A DNA stretch of 39,134 bases, taken from positions 1 through 39,134 of the forward strand of contig CAYMIY010000004.1 in NCBI GenBank assembly GCA_964390735.1, read 5' to 3'. The DNA comes from an uncultured Gammaproteobacteria bacterium. Its GTDB lineage: Bacteria; Patescibacteriota; Microgenomatia; UBA1406; GWC2-37-13. Of the stretch, positions 31,883 to 39,134 are shown piece after piece (positions within the stretch are counted from its first letter, which is position 1; each line of letters opens with the position of its first letter). The translations under genes were made by a program, and so were the position numbers. Under the pieces are notes generated by a model, which saw nothing but the letters and a program-made list of their open reading frames with translations, was not told the origin of the DNA and did no database searches.

Positions 31883-33349
31883 TTAAAATGTACCTGTTGC
31901 AATATAAAGTAAGCGTGTCTGGTAATATGCTGCTTGTTGTGAAGCACTAACATTTAATCTGTAACAGACATATAGATTCTGAGTCGAGGAGGGAGCTGCG
32001 GATGATGCAATTTGTTGCGCAGCAGTTACACTTGAGCAATTCGTTGAGTTGTTACAGGCAAACTGCTTTGCACAATAGGTTCCTCCTGCACAATTTCCTG
32101 ATGTTGTACTGTACTGGAATGGAACAGTAGATGATGAATTCTCAAGTGAGTAACCCCATCCATTTGTTGTAGTAGTGTTCCATCTGCCGGTAGTCGTTGC
32201 ACTACAGTTAGCTCCGTCGCAGGTGGTATCAGATAATGTCGTATCAGGCGTTCCATCGCCATTTGTGTCGGCTGAAAGCTCGTCATCTTCAGCAACTTTA
32301 ACGACATATCCAGAAACTGCGTTAGTGGATACAGATAACTGGTGTGCGGCATCATAGAATGCCCCTGTAGCAGTTATATCTCCAAATGGTACTGCAGTTG
32401 CAGTTGTTGTTACAGAAGTTGATACGCCGCAGAGAGTTGTTGCGGCTGATACACCGGTTATCTGGAAGGTAAGTGAGGGGTTGACTGTGGCAGAAACAAG
32501 GACTGCTTCTACAGGGGAGACGGTAACGATAACACTGTCAACTACGTTATAGCTTGGGTACTGAAGAAGCTGTATTCTTACGTTATATGTGTCTGCTAAA
32601 CCCTGAGTATGGCCAGTTTTAGGTGCAGGATTTATAATACCTCGTGATGAATTGCCTATGGTAAACGTGAGCGCTTGAGCTGCGCTTAGATTTCCTGCAA
32701 ACCTACATTCAAATGCGTGATAGTTACTACCGAACGTTGATGAAGGAGTAGCAGTGGCAGTCTGCCATGCCCCCACGCCCCCTCCAGTAGGACATGTAAT
32801 ATTCGCTGAGGCTATATTATTAAAGTCAAAACCAGAAGTGGATAATCCATCTGGTGCACCATCATTCGAAGCAGATGTATTTGTTCCCGCAGGAATAAGA
32901 ACGCGTATGGCACCTTGAGTAATCGCAGACTGATTAGTAAAAGTAAGGACATGTGCTGCTGATTGTGAAGCATAGATCGTATCTCCGTTTGCTACGCCGA
33001 TAGTTGATGACCCAACTGTGCTAAATGAAGTACTCCCAGATATTGTTGCTACCTGATAGTTACCCATGTTTCCAATCGATATATAATCCTGTGGGAATAG
33101 GTGATTTGTATTTGTATCAGGGTTACCTGAATTCTGTATCGTCCAGTTTGTAGTACCAACAGACTGAGCGCCCGAAACTTTGGCGTAATAGGAAAGTCTT
33201 GAGTTTGAGAGTGTATCAGAAGCGGAATAGAGGTTTCCGGAATCTATAGCAACAGGAGCTTTTGTGAGAAACAGAAATGTTCCCTGAAAGAGAACAAATC
33301 CATACAACGTTAATTTATATATTAATCTCTTTTGACGAAATATAAACAT
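31883..33349 (-). CDS. Surface-fibre subunit-like protein (488 aa), tandem paralog B
   Basis: Collinear with paralog A and of the same length, roughly 85-90 percent aa identity by eye. Confidence 0.6.
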   Translation of the reverse strand: MFIFRQKRLIYKLTLYGFVLFQGTFLFLTKAPVAIDSGNLYSASDTLSNSRLSYYAKVSGAQSVGTTNWTIQNSGNPDTNTNHLFPQDYISIGNMGNYQVATISGSTSFSTVGSSTIGVANGDTIYASQSAAHVLTFTNQSAITQGAIRVLIPAGTNTSASNDGAPDGLSTSGFDFNNIASANITCPTGGGVGAWQTATATPSSTFGSNYHAFECRFAGNLSAAQALTFTIGNSSRGIINPAPKTGHTQGLADTYNVRIQLLQYPSYNVVDSVIVTVSPVEAVLVSATVNPSLTFQITGVSAATTLCGVSTSVTTTATAVPFGDITATGAFYDAAHQLSVSTNAVSGYVVKVAEDDELSADTNGDGTPDTTLSDTTCDGANCSATTTGRWNTTTTNGWGYSLENSSSTVPFQYSTTSGNCAGGTYCAKQFACNNSTNCSSVTAAQQIASSAAPSSTQNLYVCYRLNVSASQQAAYYQTRLLYIATGTF

Positions 33350-33429
33350 AGTGCACTCCTGGTTTAATTAGTATATACATCATAATAGGAGACGACAATA
33401 AAATGCAATGTCAAAATTGGAATTGCCTC

Positions 33430-33458
33430 TTGACAATAAAATTTGCGTCTGTTACATT
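33430..33458 (+). promoter_or_regulatory. Promoter of the PaaX-like regulator gene
   Basis: TTGACA at 33430-33435, 17-nt spacer, TACATT at 33453-33458. This places the real start at ATG 33468 rather than the listed 33408. Confidence 0.5.
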
Positions 33459-33467
33459 TTTACTTAT

Positions 33468-34232
33468 ATGGGAATAAAAGAAAGACGGACGAAAATTTTA
33501 TTAGCTTTGTTTCTGCTATCAGACGTTAATTTTTCGTATGTAAGTTTGAATGAAGGTCTTCAGAAAGCATTTGATCTCTCGATGAATCAGAAAACAAAAG
33601 GTTCACTTAGTGGTCTCATAAAGGAAGGGCTTCTTGAAAAAGAATCTAGTACACAATCAGGGAAAAAAGATTCTTCTCATGTATATAGACTTACTCAAAA
33701 AGGATTTGATGAATTATGCTTAACATTTCCCGTATTCCGCTATTTAAAAGAAACATGGGACGGTAAGTGGAGAATACTATCATATGAAATTCCTGAGAAG
33801 AAAAGAGAACTCCGCGATAAGCTGAGAAGAGAAGTTGCAGGTTGGGGATTAGGGCCTTGGCATAGATCTTTTTGGGTAACACCGCATCCTATCATCGGCA
33901 ACCTTCGTACACTCGTTTCTCAGAAAGAAGAAGAACAGTATATACAGGCATTTGAAGCAAGCCATGTATTTGGTGTTACTGATATTCTTATTGAAAAAGT
34001 ATGGCAGAAATCGGCACTCGATAAAAAATATCGTGAAGTATTTAAGAGATGGCACGATATTCTCTCACGAGATGGCGAAAAAATGATGAAATTCGAACGA
34101 ATAGTAAATGAATACGTAAGTATCATCCGCTTAGATCCAGGTCTACCTTCAGAACTACTGGGCAAAAGCTGGATTGGATACGAGGCATTCAATATTTTTA
34201 AAGAGATTCGCGGTATTCTTCTGTCTGCGTAA
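33468..34232 (+). CDS. PaaX-family-like transcriptional regulator
   Basis: N-terminal winged-helix-like part, then WDGKWRILSYEIPEKKRELRDKLRREVAGWGLGPWHRSFWVTPHP, which matches the characteristic PaaX C-terminal-domain signature. Divergent from the surface-protein operon. Confidence 0.65.
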   Translation: MGIKERRTKILLALFLLSDVNFSYVSLNEGLQKAFDLSMNQKTKGSLSGLIKEGLLEKESSTQSGKKDSSHVYRLTQKGFDELCLTFPVFRYLKETWDGKWRILSYEIPEKKRELRDKLRREVAGWGLGPWHRSFWVTPHPIIGNLRTLVSQKEEEQYIQAFEASHVFGVTDILIEKVWQKSALDKKYREVFKRWHDILSRDGEKMMKFERIVNEYVSIIRLDPGLPSELLGKSWIGYEAFNIFKEIRGILLSA

Positions 34233-34428
34233 TAAAACGAGTGATTAAATATTATATCTGGTGTTATCACTCGCCTAAGCTAAATGCCAAGGCCTACTAT
34301 CGAATTCATATACTTATACGATGCCCCAAACTAAAAACATCATGTATAACGGGTTGATATATTAAGCTGTTGCCACGTTCGTGCTAATCAACTATATATG
34401 TTAGCTGTGCCAATTGACAGACGTTATT

Positions 34429-35319
34429 TCATTTTTTGTCATAGTCTATAGAAACAGTAGTGGCATAGAGGGTTAGAATTATTGTTCCTAATAAGTCTGT
34501 TCGTAGATAAGATCTGTGTTGAGTTTCAAGCAGGTGAATAATTTCTTTTGAAGGGTGATGAAATTTGTTATTTTTCCCTACACTTATCACAGATAATTGG
34601 GGGTTTGCTAACTCAAGAAAATAATCGCTTAAGCCATTTATAGAGCCGTGATGTGGTACTTTTAAGATAGTTGTATCATGTATACCCTCAACAGGAAGCT
34701 GATTGAGTACGGACGGCGAGGCATCACCCGTAAATAAGATCGTATGGAGGCCCTCCTTTAATCGAGTAACAACTGAAAAATCGTTATCATCCAGTCTGGA
34801 TAGATGCATATTACTATCTGTAGTAGTTATATGTTCTTCCTGAAACTTACGTGAAGGCCATAGAATGTCTAGTTCATCAGCACCTATCATCACTTTATCT
34901 CCGGCATTCACATAAGTAACGGGAACAGCGTTTTTTCTCATTGTGTATGAAATCCGCTTAAATAAACTGCTTGTATTTGTGAGCCGGGACATAAGTATAT
35001 TTTTAATTTCGTAGTGGCTTAATAGATATGCAAGTCCTCCAATGTGATCTTCTTGGGGATGCGTGACGATTACCATATCAATAGTTCTATCATTAAATGG
35101 CATATATGTGCCAAGACACTTAAGTATTCTGTTGTCGGGACCTGTATCAATCACAATATCAAATGAGTCTTTAATCCTTATATATATTCCATCACCTTGA
35201 CCAACATTACAGAAAACTATAACTGTATTTTTTTGATGATACAAAAAGAAGGGTACTGAGATGCATAAGGAAACTGCTATGCAGATTACTATCAATTTAC
35301 TGTTTATACTGTTTCCCAT
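34429..35319 (-). CDS. comEC: ComEC C-terminal part: TM helix plus metallo-beta-lactamase domain
   Basis: FCNVGQGDGIYI, VIVTHPQEDHIGGL, FTGDAS and KVPHHGS are the MBL motifs of ComEC/Rec2. ATG 35319 overlaps the upstream stop by 1 nt (TAATG). Confidence 0.8.
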   Translation of the reverse strand: MGNSINSKLIVICIAVSLCISVPFFLYHQKNTVIVFCNVGQGDGIYIRIKDSFDIVIDTGPDNRILKCLGTYMPFNDRTIDMVIVTHPQEDHIGGLAYLLSHYEIKNILMSRLTNTSSLFKRISYTMRKNAVPVTYVNAGDKVMIGADELDILWPSRKFQEEHITTTDSNMHLSRLDDNDFSVVTRLKEGLHTILFTGDASPSVLNQLPVEGIHDTTILKVPHHGSINGLSDYFLELANPQLSVISVGKNNKFHHPSKEIIHLLETQHRSYLRTDLLGTIILTLYATTVSIDYDKK

Positions 35320-36110
35320 TAGAGTTGTATATATGAAAATGGAATTTGAATGAGAACATGCACGACAAAAAGTATCCAACTGATGAGCATATATGCAGTA
35401 ATCGTAAAGGGAAACACAATTTGTGGGCAAAATGTCCCAATGAACGTAATAATAAACCCTAAAAACATAAGGGGTCCGATGGTCCATGATATGAGAAGAT
35501 TTGTTAAGGGAGCGATTATTGATATTTGATGAAAATAGAAATAGATAATGGGAATCGTAAATAGCTGCGCACTGAGTGAACAGGTAACTTCTTCATAACA
35601 GTAGGTGAGTAACGTATTCTTGAATGGTGATTTGTGCTTAAACAGGATGAGACCCAAACAGGCAGCATACGATAATTGGAACGAAATAGAGGTAATCCAT
35701 GACGGAAATAAGATGCATGAGAAAAATGCGCTCAAAAAAAGAATATAAAGAGCTGACGATCTACGACCATATATAATTGCTACGTACGTTAATGTACTAC
35801 TTATACTTGCTCTCATAATTGGGGCCTGCAGACCTACAAAAAAAGTAAAAAATACAACTAAAATGATGCTTATCAGAATTGATTTATTTCTGCTAATTCT
35901 AGCTGTAAATAGATGTACTATTTCGACAAGGAGTGTTATATTAGCCCCTGATAAGACTGCTATATGTATAATTCCCGCCTGTTTCAATTCATTTACTAGA
36001 TGTGGATCAGATGTAAGAGGAATACCCCATACGATTCCATTTAATAGTGACGCATGTGGCTCCGGTAGGAGTCTTGATATAACCTGGGTTGCATCTGTTA
36101 GCGATATCAT
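35319..36110 (-). CDS. comEC: ComEC membrane (competence) domain, separate ORF
   Basis: LLPEPHASLLNGIVWGIPLTSD...AGIIHIAVLSGANITLL is the conserved ComEC channel-domain signature. Several TM helices. ATG 36110 overlaps the comEA stop (ATGA). Confidence 0.8.
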   Translation of the reverse strand: MISLTDATQVISRLLPEPHASLLNGIVWGIPLTSDPHLVNELKQAGIIHIAVLSGANITLLVEIVHLFTARISRNKSILISIILVVFFTFFVGLQAPIMRASISSTLTYVAIIYGRRSSALYILFLSAFFSCILFPSWITSISFQLSYAACLGLILFKHKSPFKNTLLTYCYEEVTCSLSAQLFTIPIIYFYFHQISIIAPLTNLLISWTIGPLMFLGFIITFIGTFCPQIVFPFTITAYMLISWILFVVHVLIQIPFSYIQL

Positions 36111-36700
36111 AGGTGAATATATTTTTCGATCTTTCCAAAAGTAGTTTTACTTACTGCTTTCTTTATAATCAGATCATTCAAAGACGAATAGGGTCTGTTC
36201 TGAATAATCTTGAGTGCTGTTGTTTTTCCTATACCAGGTATAATGTCAATCTCGTCAAGCGTAGCTTTGTTTATACTTACTGATTTGTACGTTACCGGGG
36301 TTATCTTAGATGGGGATATAGCAACTATTCTTTCACCTTTGCGAGGGATATAGATTTTATCCTGATCATGGATGTAGCTGGCGAGGTTTATTTCGTGATA
36401 CACATACTCTCTATCAGCGTTATCGGCAAGCCCTCCAGCTTCCCTAATAGCTTCGAAAAGGCGTTTTCTTGATGATAATCTATATATTCCCGGTTTATTA
36501 AGTGCACCTTCCAGGTCAATAGTTACAATTGATTCAAGAGATAAAGACTTTTCCTTGACAATACTGACTACAGAAGCTGATTCATGTTTGCTATCAATGG
36601 ATATCGTAATAATGATCATAATGATCGCAACTGTAATGATAGTAATCTCTACCTTACTGTGTGATAATATGTTCACAATAGATGTTACATGCGGTGACAT
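36107..36700 (-). CDS. comEA: ComEA-like DNA receptor: TM anchor, SLBB-like domain, C-terminal helix-hairpin-helix
   Basis: IDLEGALNKPGIYRLSSRKRLFEAIREAGGL is SLBB-like. INKATLDEIDIIPGIGKTTALKIIQNRPYSSLNDL is the HhH motif. Confidence 0.8.
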   Translation of the reverse strand: MSPHVTSIVNILSHSKVEITIITVAIIMIIITISIDSKHESASVVSIVKEKSLSLESIVTIDLEGALNKPGIYRLSSRKRLFEAIREAGGLADNADREYVYHEINLASYIHDQDKIYIPRKGERIVAISPSKITPVTYKSVSINKATLDEIDIIPGIGKTTALKIIQNRPYSSLNDLIIKKAVSKTTFGKIEKYIHL

Positions 36701-36751
36701 GATTTAAGATATTCTGTGGTACGTTATTTATCCACGGACTATAAACTACAA

Positions 36752-37411
36752 ATGAAAACACTACCTCAATTTATTTATGAGAAAACATGGTGGGAGAATG
36801 ACTGCCTTGTCATAGGTATTGATGAGGTGGGTAAAGGGGCTCTGGCGGGCCCTGTATATTCAGCAGCTGTATGCTTCGACCCTTTACTCATTCACGATGC
36901 GTACTCGATAATAGAGTCATGGGGGATTACTGATTCGAAACAACTTACTCCACACAAACGACAGGAGATTGATGCTCTATTAAGAAATAATGTGTGCTAT
37001 TTTGGAATTGGATCTGCAGATGTAGAATGCATTAATTCAGCAGGAATAACATCAGCAACAAAACGTTCTATGCAGAGAGCTATTGAAATGGTTATGTCTT
37101 CGATCGATAAGAAGCGTGAAATCAAATTAGTCGTAGATGGCTACGGATTCTCGCTGGAAAATAGTCAAGGATCTCCCTGGGAACTTGAAGGTATTATAAA
37201 AGGAGATAGCAAAATACTATCTATATCAGCAGCATCGATAATTGCAAAGGTTGCGAGAGATAGGTATATGTCAGAACTTGCAACAATGTATCCTGTATAT
37301 GGATTTGAAAAACATAAAGGATATGGCACCATTACTCATAGGAAAGCAATACGAGAATATGGAGAATGTGAATATCATCGCACTCTGTTTATACGTAAAA
37401 TTAAGGCTTAA
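36752..37411 (+). CDS. rnhB: Ribonuclease HII
   Basis: GIDEVGKGALAGPVYSAAV, DSKQLTPHKR, KGDS...SIAAASIIAKVARDRYM and YGFEKHKGYGTITH are canonical RNase HII motifs. The start could be GTG 36716 or ATG 36752. Confidence 0.9.
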   Translation: MKTLPQFIYEKTWWENDCLVIGIDEVGKGALAGPVYSAAVCFDPLLIHDAYSIIESWGITDSKQLTPHKRQEIDALLRNNVCYFGIGSADVECINSAGITSATKRSMQRAIEMVMSSIDKKREIKLVVDGYGFSLENSQGSPWELEGIIKGDSKILSISAASIIAKVARDRYMSELATMYPVYGFEKHKGYGTITHRKAIREYGECEYHRTLFIRKIKA

Positions 37412-37423
37412 TAAAGCCCTATA

Positions 37424-38464
37424 TTATCCTTTCTTCATCATTTTAAGTATGGCCAATACAACAATCATTATGATAATAAAAGCGGTTGTGAATTTTAGTG
37501 GAAGAGCGAGGAACGTAGCTGATCCATAAATCGTTGGAGTGTCATCGCCGAAATTAATGATTGCATTGAGGGAATATCTCCCAATAAAAAATGACTTTAA
37601 TAATAATGTAAAAGGCTGAGAACATGAAACATCTGATGCATGCTGCTTACTATCACAGTCAATAGATGCAGAAGGAGTTGCTACGAGCAATCGTTGACCA
37701 TTCGATAACACATTCTGTGGAAGTATGTTATACGAGCTTTTTTCACCAAATGTACTGTTAAGTTCAATGGTACCTTGGGGCTTAACAACATTACGTCCAT
37801 AATTAGTAATCAGTAACTTTACCGGCACAATATCATTACTATCTATAAGATTGAGCGTCTTACCAAACAAAGAAAGTTTATATCGGGGAAGCACATCAAA
37901 ACCGGTAACTGCGGTTTTATATTCTGTATGTCCACTGGTTGAAACAGTAATGAGAAGGTTTGCACCGATTGAGGCTTTAGAACGAGAAAGTGCGACACCC
38001 TCGATTGTCGGAGGAGGTTGGCTTTCAGACACGAATGTATAGTAGTAGTCACCTTCAGGTGCATTCTCAGGGACGCGTACAAACAGGAGCAGTTGCTGAC
38101 TTCCGCCCGACTTCAGAACATAAGATTGATTTAGTGTTATTTCTGAATTATCGAGATTAAATCGAACTGGACCTTCAAACCTGTCTTTAAGTCTGATGTT
38201 ACCCAGCTCATCACGGGGCTCAAACGGAAGCATATACGACTTCATAATGAGCGGGTCACCATAGTTAGTGAGGGTATAAGCGATGAGTAGCGATTTTCCT
38301 GGTTTAATAACCATCTCAACAAGCGGTGGAGAAATGCTCAATGAAAGTTGCTGAGCGAAGGAACGTGGAGCTTGGAACGTGAAACATAGCACAAATAATA
38401 AAAGAGATACAAGTATATGCTTTGTAAGTAACTCCTTACGTGTTCCACGTTCTATGTTTTTCAT
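37424..38464 (-). CDS. DUF916/DUF3324-like (CscA-like) cell-surface protein, second copy
   Basis: Signal peptide. LSLSISPPLVEMVIKPGKSLLIAYTLTNYGDPL. C-terminal TM FTTAFIIIMIVVLAILKMM. Same architecture as 29241-30260. Confidence 0.6.
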   Translation of the reverse strand: MKNIERGTRKELLTKHILVSLLLFVLCFTFQAPRSFAQQLSLSISPPLVEMVIKPGKSLLIAYTLTNYGDPLIMKSYMLPFEPRDELGNIRLKDRFEGPVRFNLDNSEITLNQSYVLKSGGSQQLLLFVRVPENAPEGDYYYTFVSESQPPPTIEGVALSRSKASIGANLLITVSTSGHTEYKTAVTGFDVLPRYKLSLFGKTLNLIDSNDIVPVKLLITNYGRNVVKPQGTIELNSTFGEKSSYNILPQNVLSNGQRLLVATPSASIDCDSKQHASDVSCSQPFTLLLKSFFIGRYSLNAIINFGDDTPTIYGSATFLALPLKFTTAFIIIMIVVLAILKMMKKG

Positions 38465-38465
38465 A

Positions 38466-39134
38466 TTAATAACTCGGGGTTGCTACAAAATGAATAATAG
38501 TTTGATATGTCCCGGCCGCTTGCACACTTGATACATTAACTTTCATAGTCATAGTGGAACTTCTGTTTTTACCTACATCTACATTAGACATAACCGTAAC
38601 TGGGTTATCTCCATTTGCGGTGTTTGCAAACGGACGATAATAGGTACTATTAGTAAAAGTAGCAGGAATATCATTTCCCGACATGCTGTATCCAAAACCA
38701 TATGCCGAGGAAGCTGTCCAAGGCTTCGCAGTTGAAATAGTACAGGTATTTGCTCCGCCATCACAACTAGTGTCCGGTATATTATTTGCCCCTGTTATCG
38801 TTCGTAGTTTATCCTCTTCTATAGCAGTTACGAGATATTGACCAGCGCCACCAAAATTGACAGTTAAATTAGTAGTTGCAGTCACAGGGGTATCGGAATT
38901 AAGAGATCCAAAGTTGATATTCGTATTAGAAACGGTAAATCTAAAGCGAATAATGGAATGGATATACTGAAACCCTGCCTTCACTATATATCCGGCAGAG
39001 GAAAACTGGTTTGCAGCAGACTGGCCAAGAGTTGTTGAAAGATTATAGTTACTTGATGTTTGTTCTTTTGCACCTATATTTACATTTCCGCCCTGGATCA
39101 TAAACTGGGAAGATTCCATATTAAGTGCATAGGC
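38466..39134 (-). CDS. WxL-like / fimbrial-subunit-like surface protein, N-terminus probably outside the window
   Basis: The reading frame stays open upstream of M at 39119 to the window edge, and no signal peptide is seen. INFGSL...YLVTAIEEDKL...YGFGYSMSG...KVNVSSVQAAGTYQTIIHFVATPSY parallels the C-terminal halves of the 488-aa proteins. Confidence 0.6.
   Translation of the reverse strand, partial: AYALNMESSQFMIQGGNVNIGAKEQTSSNYNLSTTLGQSAANQFSSAGYIVKAGFQYIHSIIRFRFTVSNTNINFGSLNSDTPVTATTNLTVNFGGAGQYLVTAIEEDKLRTITGANNIPDTSCDGGANTCTISTAKPWTASSAYGFGYSMSGNDIPATFTNSTYYRPFANTANGDNPVTVMSNVDVGKNRSSTMTMKVNVSSVQAAGTYQTIIHFVATPSY

Noticed and set aside
34429-36110. comEC as a frameshifted pseudogene
   Set aside because: Both parts keep their conserved motifs. 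The junction is a clean TAATG stop/start overlap, and the second part begins with its own TM helix. A functional split is more parsimonious, though a single-base error should be checked.

Overview
This is an AT-rich bacterial chromosomal segment. I counted 13/60 G+C for nt 721-780. The gene content suggests a reduced, monoderm, Patescibacteria/CPR-like organism, which is inference only: translationally coupled comEA plus a split comEC, RNase HII, a type IV pilin-like protein, a PaaX-like regulator, an orphan histidine kinase, a 2874-aa surface-fibre protein and many membrane-anchored beta-sandwich surface proteins. I found no rRNA, tRNA, CRISPR array, transposase or catalytic integrase. Layout: (1) nt 1-4742 holds a DUF2156-like gene, a polytopic membrane protein, a small ORF, an HTH/NB-ARC STAND ATPase fused to a paralog of that membrane protein, and a small alpha/beta-hydrolase-like gene. 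(2) nt 4743-10250 is the most unusual region. It is a compositionally mosaic array of eight short genes, each with its own promoter, SD and hairpin. Three ORFs are strongly GC-rich (42/60 G+C for nt 5401-5460), three are paralogous coiled-coil ORFs, one is an unrelated helical ORF, and one is an opposite-strand gene flanked by perfect 86-bp direct repeats. Decaying copies of the hydrolase gene 3' end and short junction motifs (CCTATAAT, AACTACTT) punctuate the array. (3) nt 10312-13960 holds the histidine kinase and the pilin-like gene. (4) nt 14051-27253 is a minus-strand cluster encoding an integrase-SAM-like small protein, the giant fibre protein, a pentapeptide-repeat protein and a DUF2341/LamG protein. 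(5) nt 27862-39134 holds two Csc/WxL-like surface-protein loci, separated by the PaaX-like gene, comEC/comEA and rnhB. All functional calls rest on motifs read by eye and are unverified by any search.
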